A stretch of 64,000 bases of DNA from Chiloscyllium plagiosum (GCF_004010195.1 NC_057718.1:93039569-93103568); one strand, 5' to 3'; positions 1 through 12,333 are shown, counted from the first letter of the stretch. The notes: generated from the letters alone by a model not told the origin. Program-made: numbers and translations.

Positions 1-199
1 ATATTAGTTTACAAGACCATACAAGAGAAAGGTTTCCTGTTATCACTGACACATGTGACATAATGCAGCAGTAGTACACAAATCATGGCTTTAGATCTTT
101 TGTTAGGATCTACTGTGCATTTTGTGCCCCATCCAATTACTGCCAGTAGTAACGACTGTTCTCTTGTACTTACACAGTGAACCTTAATGTTCATGACCT

Positions 200-1012
200 C
201 AGGATATCTCAAAGCACTTTACAGCTGATGAAGTGTAATTTTTAAAATAAAAGTCCCTGTTGTATTGGAGGATGTTTGCACACAGAATAATCTCACAAAC
301 ATCAAAGAGATAATGACCAGATAATCAGCTTTTTAGTGAATTTCGTAGCAGGATAAATGTTGGCAGGATGCCAGGGAGTACTTCATTTCTCTCTTGAGAA
401 AGGATGTACTGGTACTGGAGGGGGTGCAGAGGAGGTTCACTCAGTTGATTCTGGAGTTAAGAGAGTTGGCTTATGAGGACAGATTGAATAGACTGGCACG
501 GTACTCATTGGAATTTAGAAGAATGAGGGCGGATCTTATAGAAACACATAAAACTACGAGGGGAGTAGATAAAATGGAAGCAGGAGGTTGTTTCTACTTG
601 GGGGTGACACGAGAACTAAGGGGCATAGTCTCAAAATAAAGGAAAGCAGATTTAGGACTGAGCTGAGGAGACACTTCTTCACCCAAAGGATTGTGAATCT
701 GTGGAATTCCCTGCCCAGGGAAGCAGTTGAGGCTACTGCATTAAGGCAAAGATGCATGGATGTTTGAACAGTAAAGCAATTAAGGATTATGATGAGCGGG
801 CGGGTAAGTGGAGCTGAGTCTATGAAGAAGATCAGCCATGATCTTAATAAATGGTGGCTCGAGGGCTCAGATGTCCTACTCCTGCTCCTTGTTCTTCTGT
901 TCTTCTGTTCTCTGAAATAACAACATGAGATATGTATTGTCTGCCTATGAGGATAGATGGGGCCTAGATTTAGTGTCTCATCTGAAAGGCAGCACTTTTG
1001 ACAGTGCAGCAC
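200..1012 (-). mobile_element. Deu-domain SINE (SacSINE1/AmnSINE1-like), split by a CR1 insertion at ~393-900
   Basis: CAAAGCACTTTACAGC...GATAATGACCAGATAATC (200-390) resumes as TCTCATCTGAAAGGCAGCAC...GACAGTGCAGCAC (905-1012); similar copy at 57625-57980. Confidence 0.65.
393..900 (+). mobile_element. CR1 LINE 3' fragment
   Basis: RKDVLVLEGVQRRFT..RMRADLIE..; FFTQRIVNLWNSLP; CR1-type 3' UTR. Confidence 0.9.
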
Positions 1013-1657
1013 TTTTTGAAGATATCAGTCATAGGTTCACCTTTCATTCACTTTCACTGGAATGTTTGTGGGATATTGCTGATGTACAGTAACTTCTGGA
1101 ACTACATCTTCCAACGCGTGCATTCTTGTATATTGGCAAACTCTGATGGGCATTAGTAGAGGAACAAGTGCTAAATTGAAAAGGAATAAATGAGAAACAT
1201 AAATACAACACTGTCAATGTGCATTTATGTAGCACCTCTAACATAGTCAAATAACACAAAGGTGCTTCACTGGAATGTTTTCATTTTAATATCAATCCTG
1301 TTAGGATGGGACTGAGTGCAATTAGAAACTACAGCACCATTTTTTGTAGAAGCTGTGACATTATTTGAGTGGCATTTGAAAAAATAATTGAAAGCTCATG
1401 GCATTTCGAAAGGTGACTAAGGTAGTGGGCAGGTGACTGTCTATAGTTCTTATTTATACGGCTTTCCAGAAAACATTTGAAAAATTCCCAGTTGAATTGC
1501 ATGGAATTGAAGAAAAATTATTCATCCATTCAGATGTTGGCTGAGTGGCAGCAGACTTAGAAAAAGAATAATGGAGTTGATACTCTAGTTAATCAGGAGG
1601 TGTCTGGTATTGCTTGCAAGGTTCAGTTGTTGGGAACTCAACTATTTTGTGTTGATT

Positions 1658-1747
1658 CCTGAAGAAGGGCTCATGCCCGAAACGTTGATTCTCCTGCTCC
1701 TTGGATGCTGCCTGACCTGCAGCGCTTTTCCAGCAACACATTTTCAG
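1658..1747 (+). mobile_element. Short Penelope 3'-end insertion with hammerhead-like core
   Basis: CTGAAGA-AGGGC-TCAT-GCCC-GAAACGTT; 16-bp TSD CTATYTTGTGTTGATT at 1642-1657 and 1748-1763. Confidence 0.8.
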
Positions 1748-1811
1748 CTATCTTGTGTTGATTGTCAACTTAGTTAATGTGGTTCTGTTCGCCAAGCTGG
1801 AAATTTGTGTT

Positions 1812-1851
1812 GCAGACATTTCATCCCCTGTCTAGGTGACATCCTCAGTAC
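1812..1851 (-). ncRNA. Minimal hammerhead ribozyme motif, decayed copy
   Basis: GTA CTGAGGA T GTCACCT AGAC AGGGGAT GAAAT GTC TGC; three C>T changes relative to the 2292 copy. Confidence 0.6.
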
Positions 1852-2291
1852 TTGGGAGCCTCCTGTGAAGCGCTTCTGTGATATTTCCTCTGGCATTTGT
1901 AGCGGTTTGAATCTGCCGCTTCCGGTTGTCAGTTCCAGCTGTCCGCTGCAATAGTCGGTATATTGGGTCCAGGTCGATGTGCTTATTAATTGAATCTGTG
2001 GATGAGTGCCATGCCTCTAGGAATTCCCTGGCTGTTCTCTGTTTGGCTTGTCCTATAATAGTAGTGTTGTCCCAGTTGAATTCATTATAGGACAAGCCAA
2101 ACAGAGAACAGCCAGGGAATTCCTAGAGGCATGGCACTCATCCACAGATTCAATCAATAAGCACATCGACCTGGACCCAATATACCGACCACTGCAATGG
2201 ACAGCTGGAACTGACAACCGGAAGCGGCAGATTCAAACCACTACAAATGCCGGAGGAAACATCACAGAAGCGCTTCACAGGAGGCTCCCAA

Positions 2292-2331
2292 GCACTGAGG
2301 ATGTCACCTAGACAGGGGACGAAACGTCTGC
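2292..2331 (+). ncRNA. Minimal type I hammerhead ribozyme motif
   Basis: Stem I GCA/TGC; core CTGAGGA; stem II GTCACCT-AGAC-AGGGGAC; GAAAC-GTC (predicted cleavage after C2328); palindromic ACGT allows a dimeric stem III. Confidence 0.8.
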
Positions 2332-2844
2332 AACACAAATTCTCAGCTCGGCGAACAGAACCACAACAATGAGCACCCGAGCTACAAATCTTCTCACAAA
2401 CTTTGAACTTAGTTAATGAAATAGAAAGGCACATATTCACAATTTTCAGATAACACAAAGGTATTCTGTCAGCAGTCAAGATGCAAAAATGAAGTTAATG
2501 AACGATAATGATGGATTAATGAGTAGACATGTTTGTGGCAAATTGATTTCCATGGAGACAAATCCTGAGGTTTTCCTCTTTTGAACTGAATATGGTGGAA
2601 CAGAAGATTGTCTGAATGATGACAAGTGAGAAACTGCTGTTATCTAATGAGATTTAAGGATCTGGGGACATAGGTAATCAAATATCAAGAACAGGTACAT
2701 AATATAAGCATTAGAGTTATGTAGTGCTGTTTTGTTTTCATGCAGTTGACTAGTTATAGAATCCAAAACTCTGGTTGGACCACACCTGGAGTATTGTCAG
2801 TAATCCTGGACACCACACATACAGAAGACTACACTGGTCTTGAA

Positions 2845-2955
2845 GCTGGTTCTCTTGTGGTAGAGTCCCTATCCCTAGACAAAGACACCCCTGGATTCAA
2901 GTCCCATTCACTCCGGTGGTGTGTACTAACATTTCTGAGCAATTTGTTCAGAAAA
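2845..2955 (+). mobile_element. Short (~110 bp) tRNA-derived SINE
   Basis: A/B-box-like GTGGTAGAGT..GGATTCAAGTCCC; related minus-strand copy at 50595-50700. Confidence 0.55.
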
Positions 2956-3575
2956 ATAGGTGGAACTGTCATATGACATCAGGACTTTGAGGGTTAGATT
3001 ATGAGGAGAGAGTATACAACCAAATGGTTGTTTTCCATGTAATATAATTGGCAAAGGTGATGTGATTGAAGCTTTCAAGCTATTAAGGGGAAGAGGTAGG
3101 CTAGATAGGTGGAGTATTTCTGATGGCTGGGGTTTGTGGGGAGGGAGGGGGAATGGTCTAAGATTTAAGGTCCTAGTCATAAAAATCAAGCCAGGTCTTT
3201 CAGGAATGAAATTAAGAAACACTACTCCACACAAAGCTTGGTGGAAGTTTGAAATTTCTTTCCAGCATTTGTTGCTTGATTCCCTATTGACTACAAAACG
3301 ATATTGTGTTGCCTGGAATTGAAAAGGTTAAGGGGCAGATTTAAAGAGCTTTGTAAGCATTTAGGGAAACCTATAGGGTCACGAGAGAAAATAATTCATG
3401 GTTTCAGATATCCTGTGTGAGGGGATCCAGTCTAAAAGTTAGAGACATTACACTGAGGCATGATTTCACAGAACTCTCTTTTCCAAGTAGAAGATCCAAT
3501 GTTGGTTTTCAGTTGAGATTGTGAATGCTTTGTCAACAAAATTTATGAAGGGATACGGGGCAAAGGCAGGTAATA

Positions 3576-3794
3576 CAGGTCATTCTGCTGTATCGCACAT
3601 TTCATTAACACAAATTTGCTATAACTTGATTGACGAATTGGGGACACTGTTTCTAGAGTGCAAAGTGTTAAAGCGTGCATTGGTTATTACATGATTCCGG
3701 TCCCATTAGTTTAAACGGTGCTGCTATTACATGGTTTTCTCATAACAGGGGATTGCACAAGAATGGAACTACCATGTTTTAGCAGAACTGATTG
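3576..3794. mobile_element. Tc1/mariner-pogo-like MITE
   Basis: Imperfect TIRs CAGGTCATTCTGCT / AGCAGAACTGATTG, TA on both sides (3574-75, 3795-96); interrupts a CR1 3' tail. Confidence 0.7.
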
Positions 3795-4039
3795 TATGAG
3801 GTAGGTCACAAATCAATTATGATCTCATTGACTGGTGGAGCAGGCTTTTGGGCCGAACTTATCCCATCCTGTTTCGAAGTCACAATCATAATAGGCCCCT
3901 TTTTCATGATTATATTGAATCATCTTCATGCAGGTTCATCGTCATAGGCTATATCTGTTTATTTATCATTTTCTTTGAAATGTTGATCTTGGAATTTGCT
4001 TGAATCTTGATTCCCTCCATTTTTACCTTTAGTTGTTTG

Positions 4040-4198
4040 AACGTCACCTTTTGCTGTAACTTTAGTCTTTATTTCTCTATTTTTGTACTTAAGACTTCCA
4101 CCTAAGATAGCACCATGTGTGGGGACATTATGCACATTTCACTGTACTCTTGTACTTCGTACTTGAGCACACGTGTCAATAAACCTAATTCTAATTCT
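4040..4198 (+). mobile_element. Non-autonomous retroposon 3' end with Rex1/Babar-like tail
   Basis: TTTCACTGTAC...CACGTGTCAATAAACCTAATTCTAATTCT resembles the LINE tail at 41620-41670 and copies at 21455 and 44705. Confidence 0.5.
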
Positions 4199-4247
4199 TT
4201 CTGTTAGGTGTAATTCTTCTTCCTTAATTTTTCTTCTTTGATTTCAG

Positions 4248-4310
4248 ATCCAAAGGAAGTGTGTGTTTACACTTATTCTAACATCTTGGTACATAACATA
4301 GCTCCTTCCG
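4248..4310 (+). CDS. Candidate internal exon, 63 nt, phase 1-1 (DPKEVCVYTYSNILVHNIAPS); product unknown
   Basis: Long polypyrimidine tract + TTTCAG acceptor, CCG|GTAAAC donor, only one frame open; no homology recognised. Confidence 0.25.
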
Positions 4311-4735
4311 GTAAACTGACTGTGATCTTCTGTTGTTGAAGACAATCCTCCCATACTTCCATGACTTTAACTGATGCCTTTCTAACCTCGATAAACTATC
4401 TAGAATTTTTCAAGATTATATTATGTCAAATTACGTTTATAAACTGCAACTTATTTTCTGACAAAATCACCATTTTTGGCCAATTGCATATTCGCCAGCT
4501 GAAATGGCTGTATTTTTCCTTCTATTGATAAGGCTGGAACAAACAGAAACTAATTTTCTAGCACAAATATCCTTGAGCAACTTGTCTAATGACAACCCTG
4601 TTTCTCTCATCACTGTACAATTCAGCCACTCTCTGATCTTTATCTCACATTCAGCCTGAACGCTTACACTGCATATGCACATAAATCATTAAAAGGTGAC
4701 AGGACAGGTCGAGTGAATTGTTTATAAAGTATGTA

Positions 4736-4804
4736 GAGTTAAAAATCACACAACACCAGATTATAGTCCAACAGGCTTATTTGGAAGTGCAAAAGCTTTC
4801 AGAA
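4736..4804 (-). mobile_element. Penelope terminal fragment, left arm (right arm at 7826-7894, +)
   Basis: Matches termini of the 14436-16542 element; inverted partner beyond the inserted CR1; possible TSD ATAAARTATGYA at 4724-4735 and 7895-7906. Confidence 0.65.
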
Positions 4805-7800
4805 CATAGAATATTATAGCGCAGTTACAGATCCTTTGGCCGTGGCTGTTGCGCTGCCCTGTGACACCAATCTGAAGACTATCCAACCTACACTATTCCA
4901 TTCTCATCCATATGCCTGTCCAATGACCAATTTAATGCCAGTAACATTGGTGAGTCGACAACTGTTGCAGGCAGTGCATTCCACACCCCTACGACTGGAA
5001 AAAGTAAGGACTGCAGATGCTAGAGATCAGAGCTGAAAATGTGCTGCTGGAAAAGCGCAGCATGTCAGGCAGCATCCAAGGAGCAGGAGAATCGATGTTT
5101 CGGGCATAAGCCCTTCTTCTCTCTGATTAAAAAACTACGACTCTCTGATTAAAAAACTACCTCTGACATCAATTCTATATTTATCACCCCTCAGTTTGAA
5201 GCTATATCCCTCATGCTAGCCATCACCATCCGAGGAAAAAGGCTCACACTGTCCACCCGATCTAACCCTCTGATTATCTTATGTCTCAAGTCAACTCTCA
5301 ACCTTCTTCTCTCTAACAAAAACAGCCTCAAGATCCTCAACCTTTCCTCATAAGACCTTCGCTCCATACCAGACAACATCCTAGTAAATCTCCTTTGAAC
5401 CTTTTCCAAAGCTTCCACATCCTTCCTACAATGCAGTGACCAGAACTGCATGCAATGCTCCAAGAGTGGCCACACCAGAGTTTTGTACAGCTGCAGCATG
5501 ACCTCATGGTTCTGAAACTTGATCCCTCTACTAATAAAAACTAGCACATAGTATGCCTTCTTAACAGCCCAATCAACGTTGGGTGGCAACTTTGAGGGAT
5601 CTATGTACATGTACACCGAGATCTCGCTGCTCATCTACACTACCAAGAATCTTACCATTTACCCAGTTCTCTGGATTCCTGTTGCTCCATCTGAAGTGAA
5701 TCACCTCACGCTTTTCTGCATTAAACTCCATTTGCCACCGCTTAGCTCAGCTCTGCAGCTTATCTATGTCCCTCTGTAATCTAAAACATCATTTGGCACT
5801 ATCCACAACTATACCGACCTTAGTGACGGCCGGAAATTTACTAACCCAACCTGCTATGCCCTCATCCAGGTTGTTTATAAAAATTACAAACAGCAATGCA
5901 CCCAAAACAGATCCTGTGGTACACCACTGGTAACTGAATGCCAGAATGAACATTTCTCTTCAATCACTACTCTCTGTCTTCTTTCAGCTAACCAATTTCT
6001 GATCCAAACTGCTAAATCGTTCTCAATCCCTTGCCTCTGTATTTTGTGCAATAGACTACCATGGGGAATCTTATCAAACGTCTTACTGAAATCCATATAC
6101 ACCACATTAATGGCTTTACCCTCATCTACCTGTTTGGTCACCTTCTCAAAGAACTCGATAAGATTTGTGACGCATGACCTACCCTTCACAAAACAGTGTT
6201 GACTATCCCTAATCAACTTATTCCTTTCAAGATGATTATAAATTTTATCTTTTCTAACCTTTTCCAACACTTTATCCGCAACCAAAGTAAGGCTCACTGG
6301 TCTATAACTACCAGGGTTGTCTCTACTCTCCCTTTTGAAAAAGGGAACAACATTTGTTATCCTCCAATCTTCTGGCACGATTCCTGTAGACAATGACAAC
6401 ATAAAGATCGAAGCCAAAGGCTCAGCAACTTCCTCTCTGGCTTCCCAAAGAATCCTAGGAAGAATCCTATCCAGCCGAAGGGATTTATCTGTTTTCACAC
6501 TTTCCAGAATTTCTAACACCTCCTCCTTGTGAACTTCAATCCCATCTAGTCTAGTAACCTGTTTCTCAGTAATCTCCTTGAAAACATTGTCTTTTTCCAG
6601 TGTGAATACTGACAAAAACTATTCATTTAGTGCTACTCCATCTCCTCTGACTCCACGCACAACTTCACACTGCTGTCCTTGACTGGCCCTAATCTTACTC
6701 TAGTCGTTCTTTTATCTCTTATACACCTATAGAAAGCTCTATGGTTTCCCGGATTCTATCTGCCAACAACTTCTCATGGCCCCTCCTTGCTTGTCTTAGC
6801 TCTTTCTCTCTAGGTCTTTCCTGGCTACTTTGTAACTCTCAATCGTCTGAACTGAGCCTTCACATCTCATCCTTTGATAAGCCTTCTACTTCCTTAGTAA
6901 ACCACAGCTACTGTGCTTGACAACTTCCTCCCTGTCTGACAGGTACATACTCATCAAGGACACACAGTAGCTGTTCCTTGAATAAGCTCCACATTTCTAT
7001 TGTGCCCATGCCCCGCAGTTTCCTTCCCCATCCTATGCATCCTAAATCTTGTCTCATCGCATTGTAATTGCCTTTCCCCCAGCTGTAGCTCTTGCCCTCC
7101 GGTGTATACCTATCCCTTTCCATCGCTCAAGTAAACAGAACTGAATTGTGGTCACTATCACCAAAGTGCTCACCTACCACCAAATCTAACACTTGGCCAG
7201 GTTCATTACCCAGTGCCAAATCTAATGTGGCCTCGCCCCTTATTGGCCTGTCTACATACTGTGTAAGGAAACCCTCCTGTACACTGTAGACAAAATCTGA
7301 CCCATCTAAAGTACTCAAACTGTAGCATTCCCAGTCAATATTTGGGAAGTTGAAGTCCCCCATAACAATACCCTGTCACTCTCACTCCTATCGAGAATCA
7401 TCTTTGCTATTCTTTCCTCTGCATCTCTGAAACAATTCCGTGGACTATAGAAAACTCCCAACAGGATGACCTATCCTTTCCTGTTTCTAATCTCAGTCCA
7501 TACTACCTCAGTTGATGAGTCCTCGAACATCCTTTCTGCAGCCGTAATATCGTCCTCGACTAACAATGCCACACCCCCACCTCTTTTACCATCTTCTTTG
7601 TCCTTACTGAAATATCTAAATCCCGGAACCTGTAATAATCATTCCTGTCCCTGCTCTACCCATGACTCTGAAATGGCCACAACATCGAAGTCCCAGGTAC
7701 TGACCCATGCTGCAAGTTCACTCACCTTATTCCGGATGCTCCTGGCATTCAAATAGACACTTCAAAACAATCTTTTGCTTGTTGGTGCCCTTTTGCGACC

Positions 7801-7820
7801 CTGAAACCTTATTTTTGACC
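4805..7820 (-). mobile_element. CR1 LINE ~3 kb with disrupted ORF2 (APE endonuclease + RT)
   Basis: MGDFNFPNIDWE..GFLTQYVDRP..LDL..GDSDHN (7127-7363); YRPVSLT, SQHCFVKGRSC, VVYMDFSKTFDKIPH, SGVPQ (5884-6615); C-terminus 5191-5634. Confidence 0.95.
4997..5120 (-). mobile_element. Short Penelope 3'-end insertion inside CR1
   Basis: Reverse complement of the 1658 family; followed by a 22-bp tandem duplication of host sequence (5120-5160). Confidence 0.75.
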
Positions 7821-7825
7821 TCCTT

Positions 7826-7894
7826 GAACTACAACCTGGTGTTGTGTGATTTTTCACATTGTCCACTCCAGTCCAACACTGGCAGTTCCACCTC
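7826..7894 (+). mobile_element. Penelope terminal fragment, right arm
   Basis: ACTACAACCTGGTGTTGTGTGATTTTT...CAGTCCAACACTGGCA; inverted relative to 4736-4804. Confidence 0.65.
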
Positions 7895-7989
7895 ATAAAA
7901 TATGCAATATTGTAGGCTTCATAAAGTATGAGTAACAACTCTGTGGGCTTTTGCTGTGGGAGCTAAGGGAGGAAATTACAGAAGATCTG

Positions 7990-9310
7990 ACCCAAATGGC
8001 AACAGGGGAGACAAGTGATTGAGATAAACCAGGGATTTACAGACCTGTGAGTCTCACATCAATAGAAGGGAAACTATTGGAAAAATTTCTTCAGGAGAGA
8101 ACTAATCTCCACTTGGAGAAGCAGGGTTTGATCAGTAGTAGTCAGCATGGTATTGTCAGAGATAGGTCATGCCCAAGAAATTTGATTGAATGTTTGAGGG
8201 GAGACCAGATGTTTGGATGAGGGTATTGTAGTTGACACAATTTTTGTGGATTTGAACAAGGCCTTTAACAGAGTCCTACATGGAAGACTTTTCAAGAAGT
8301 AAAAGCACATGGAATCTGGGGTTACTTGGCAAATTGGCTTAGTGTTAAGAGACAGACAGTCGACAACAGAAGACAGAAGATGATGTAAAGGGGGATGATA
8401 ATTAAGTTTGTGGATGATACAAAGTTTTGCCACATGGTTGATAGTGATGAAGAATATCTTAGGTTACTGGAGGATATAGTTGGATTGCTCACTTGGGCAG
8501 ATTAACGTCAGATGGAGGTTAACCCTGAAAACGGTGAGGTGCTGCACTTTGGAAGAAGTAACAAGACAAGGGAGTACTCAACGAATGGCAGGGAACTAGG
8601 AAGTTCGGAGGAAGAGAGGGACCGTGAGGTGCTTGTCCACAAATCTCTGAAAGCGGTAGGACAGGTTAAGAGGGAAGTTAAGAAGGCATGAGGGGCACAT
8701 GCCTTTATCAGTCATAGCATAGATTGTGAGAGCAAGGAGGTTATGATGGACTTGTTTCAACATTGTTTGGGCCACAGCTGGAGTATTGTGTGCAGTTCTG
8801 GTCACCACACTATTGGAAAGAAGTGATTGCGTTGGACAGGGTGCAGAATGGATTCACCAGGATGTTGCCCAGGATGGAGCAGTTTATCTATGAGAAGTTG
8901 CTGGATAAGCTCAGGTTGTTTTCTTTCAACTAAAAGAGGCTGAGAGGGGGCCAGATTGAAGTGTATAAGATCGAGAGGGTATGAACAGGTTAGATAGAAT
9001 GCAGCTGTTCACCTTAGTTGATGGGTCAATAATGAGGGACATGATTTTAAAGTGAAAGACAGAAGATTTAGAAGGGAATTAAGGAAAAATATTTTCATCC
9101 ATGGGAATCTGGAATGCACTGTCTGGGAGGGAGTTCAGGCAGGAAACCTCACAAACTTGGTGAGCTTTTGAAATATCATAACATGCAAGGATATGGGCCA
9201 AGTGCTGAAATGTGAGACAAATAAATTTTATGGTAGTTTTTGTCAGTGTAGACTTGATGGATCAAAAGGTCTCTTTTGCACAGTATGATACTATGACTCT
9301 CTGATTCTAT
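7990..9310 (+). mobile_element. Degenerate CR1 LINE (RT to 3' tail)
   Basis: YRPVSLTS, KFVDDTK, PQLEYCVQFWSP motifs; tail CTATGACTCTCTGATTCTAT. Confidence 0.9.
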
Positions 9311-9880
9311 AAATAGGGGTATAGAGTACAAGGGCAGGGAGGTTATGATGAATATATAGAAGACACAGATTACACTTCAGCTGGAATGTACAGTTCTGGG
9401 TTCCACATTATAGGATGGATGTGAATGTATTGGAGGGAGGGCAGGAGAGGTTTCTGAGAATGGTCCCAAGGATGAGAAACTTCAGTTGTGATGAAAAACT
9501 GGAGAAGTTATGACTGTTTTCCCTGGAGAGGAGAAGTCTAAGAGGAAATTTGATCAACATTTTCAAAATCATGAATAGTCTGGACAAAGTGGATCAAGAG
9601 AAACTGTTCCCACTGGTAAAGCAATCAAGAACAGAGGGCATAGTGTTTAAGAGCAAGACTGAAGTGTGAAAAAAAAGTACTGAGGGACGAGAATGTACTG
9701 CCTGGAAGTGTGGAGTAGGTTGGTTCAATTGAGGCATTCAAGTGGACATTGGATGATTATTTAAATGGAAACAATGTGTAGAGTTACAGAAAAGAAAAGC
9801 AGGAAATTGGCACAAAGCCAAAATGCTCGGAGACCTAGTGCAGAAATGATGGGCCAATAGGCCTCTTCCTGCACCATATG
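9310..9880 (+). mobile_element. CR1 3' part, continuation of the host copy at ~4660-4735 and 7895-7925
   Basis: INRGIEYKGREVMMNIYKT, LFSLERRSLRGNLI motifs. Confidence 0.8.
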
Positions 9881-9939
9881 TATGTTCAGCTTTTGGTCTA
9901 TTCTAGAATTAATATCATCGATGTGCCATACAATTTCTG

Positions 9940-10305
9940 GTCAATGGTGAACTTTACCATAAATCCAACTGAATTTGGTTTTAGTAGAGCTCCTTGATGT
10001 CACACTCTGTCTCAGGCTGATTTGATGTCAAGGACAGTAATTCTTGATTCAGCTTTGCAATTCAGCTCTTTTGCCTATGTTTGGGCCAATATTGGAAAGA
10101 CATTTGGAACATAGTGATTGCTATGGATCCTGAACTAAGCATCATGAGTGGATCATTGGCGAGTTAGCACTACTTGGTAGCGCTGTTAACAACTCCTTCC
10201 ATGACTTTGTTAGTTTTTACTGTACACTGGATTAGCAACAACTGAGGGGGTCAGATTTACCTTTTGTAAACAATAAGTATATTGACAATTTTCCACATTG
10301 TCAGG
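9940..10305 (-). mobile_element. Old CR1/L2-group LINE RT fragment
   Basis: Reverse strand gives KVMEGVVNSATK..DAxFRI..ELNC..LDIK; same family as 19850-20330. Confidence 0.65.
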
Positions 10306-10307
10306 CT

Positions 10308-11182
10308 TCCATAAGATCATAAGATATTGAGCAGAATTAGGCCATTTGGCCCATCAGATTTGCTCCATGACTTGATCATGATTTTTCAACTACATTCTTG
10401 TGCTTTCCTCCCATAACCCTTGATCTCCTTACAAATTAGAACATACTTAGCTTTGTCTTAAATACACACAATGACTTGGCCTCCACAGCTCTCTGCAGCA
10501 ACGAGTTCCATGGATTAACCATGCTCTGGCTAAGGAAATTCCTTCCCAACTCAGTTCTAAAGGGTTGTCCCTTCACTCTGAGGCTGTGCCCTCAGGTCCT
10601 TGTCCCTTGTGCTGGTGGAAACATTTTCTCCATGTTCACTCTATCCAGACCTCTCAGTATTCTGTAAGGTTCAATCAGAACTCTCTCATCCTTCCTAATT
10701 CCATTGAGTACAGATGCAGAACCCTCGGCAGCTTGTCATTGAACAGCGCTTCATCTCCGGGATTCTTCTTCTTCTAAATCTCCTCTGGACCGCCTCCAAG
10801 ACCAGCACATCGTTCTTTAGATACCGGTCTCAAAACTGCTCACAATATTCCAAATGCAGTCTGACCAGAGCCTTACACAGCCTCAGCAGTACATCCCTGC
10901 TCTTGTACTCTAGTCCTCTTGAGATGAATGTTAACATTGCATTTGCCTTCCAAACTGTCAACTGAACCTGGGTGTTAACCTTAAGAGAATCCTGAATTAG
11001 GACAACAAGTACCTTTGTGCTTTACATTTTCGAAGCATTTCCCCATTTAGAAAATCGTCTCCATCTCTATTCTTCCTACAAGTGCAACTTTCCCATGTCG
11101 TATACTGTCTGCCACTTCTTTGCACACTCTCCTGTCCAAGTCCTTCTGTAGCCTCCTTACTTCCTCAACACTACATGTCCCA
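10308..11182 (-). mobile_element. CR1 LINE 3' fragment
   Basis: Reverse strand LYKALVRLHLEYCEQF, RNFLSQSMVNPWNSL; tail CCATAAGATCATAAGAT. Confidence 0.9.
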
Positions 11183-12333
11183 TATAGGCAGATAAATAAT
11201 AAACAGCGTAAGCAAATGTACGTGTTCTTTCTTTAGCTAGTAACATTCTCCAGTCTTACTGAACTGGAACTTTACCATTTCCTTCCATTACTGGAAGCTG
11301 CTTCCAAGAGCTTAAGTTCCCTATTTTGTGTCAAAAGCACTTTCCCACTTATCAGCTCATAAGTCTTTTGACTATCCTATGGGCAGTGTTCCTTCAGTTG
11401 GTCCTCTCAACTGCAGTCAAAACTTCTTGAAAGAACCCAGAAGTCACATATCCTGACATTTGGAGTTTCAACAGAATGAGGCACCACCAATCTCTTAAAA
11501 AGGTAATTGCAATTCTCAGCATGTCAAGTTCCTCGCTCACTGGAGTATTGGAACCTGGCATAACACTGGAGTCTGGTATGACTCCAGCAATTAAACATAA
11601 CTGCTGCCAGAAAGACAAGATTAGCTCCTTGTGGGTCTTGGCACAGTCCAGGACACGTCCAGGATAGTAAAAGTCACTGGTCTTCAAAGCTGGATAAGTT
11701 TAAAAAAGAATTATTGACCAGTCCCCTGATATAGGGGGCAAAGGAAAATGCACAATGGGTTTGTGTACTCCCAACACTTTCAATGGCTGTTTGAAGCTAG
11801 GGCTTTTGGCTGAATCCAGAGTGACTTGGCATCTACTTCCCTTTGCAGGCAAGATGCACTTTATCTGAACTATCAATATCTTCTCTCCCCCAGCACTCTA
11901 CACCCACCACCTCCACACCACCAACCCCCCAACTATAGCATAAATGCTGCCCCTCCACACTTCAATTCAACTCTGATGCAGAGTCAACTAGACTCAAGAT
12001 GCTGCCCTCGACCTCTTCATTTCCAACTGCCGCCAGGACATTAACCTCCTCAACCTGTCGACCCCGCTCCCCCACTCCAACCTCACCCTCACAACGCGCA
12101 GCCCTCCAATCCCTCTGCTCCAATCCCGACCTCACCATCAAGCCAACTGATAAAGGGGGCGCAGTGGTAGTCTGGCGCACTGACCTCTACATCGCTGAAG
12201 CCAAACGCCAACTCGAGGACACCTCTTCCTACTGCCCCCTTGACCATGACCCCACCCCCCATCACCAAACCATCATCTCCTAGACCATACAGAACCTCAT
12301 CACCTCAGGAGATCTCCCATCCACAGCTTCCAA

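Larger units (their letters stand above)
1780..2405. mobile_element. Penelope-like element 3' end as an inverted (fold-back) duplication
   Basis: Arms ~1778-2059 (-) and 2084-2365 (+) both encode IIGQAKQRTAREFLEAWHSSTDSINKHIDLDPIY (GIY-YIG C-terminus); 13-bp TSD AACTTAGTTAATG at 1767-1779 and 2406-2418. Confidence 0.9.
1300..3880 (+). mobile_element. Old degenerate CR1 LINE interrupted by Penelope, SINE and MITE insertions
   Basis: Decayed RT motifs (AFQKTFEKIP; LVGPHLEYC; DVIEAFKLL) and 3' tail GATCTCATTGACTGGTGGAGCAGGC. Confidence 0.7.

Noticed and set aside
5884..6615. 243-aa ORF as a functional reverse transcriptase
   Set aside because: Fragment of CR1 ORF2; frameshifts before the catalytic (Y/F)ADD motif, which is itself mutated.
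11394..11687. 97-aa ORF in apparently unique sequence
   Set aside because: No recognisable domain or convincing splice signals; length within chance.
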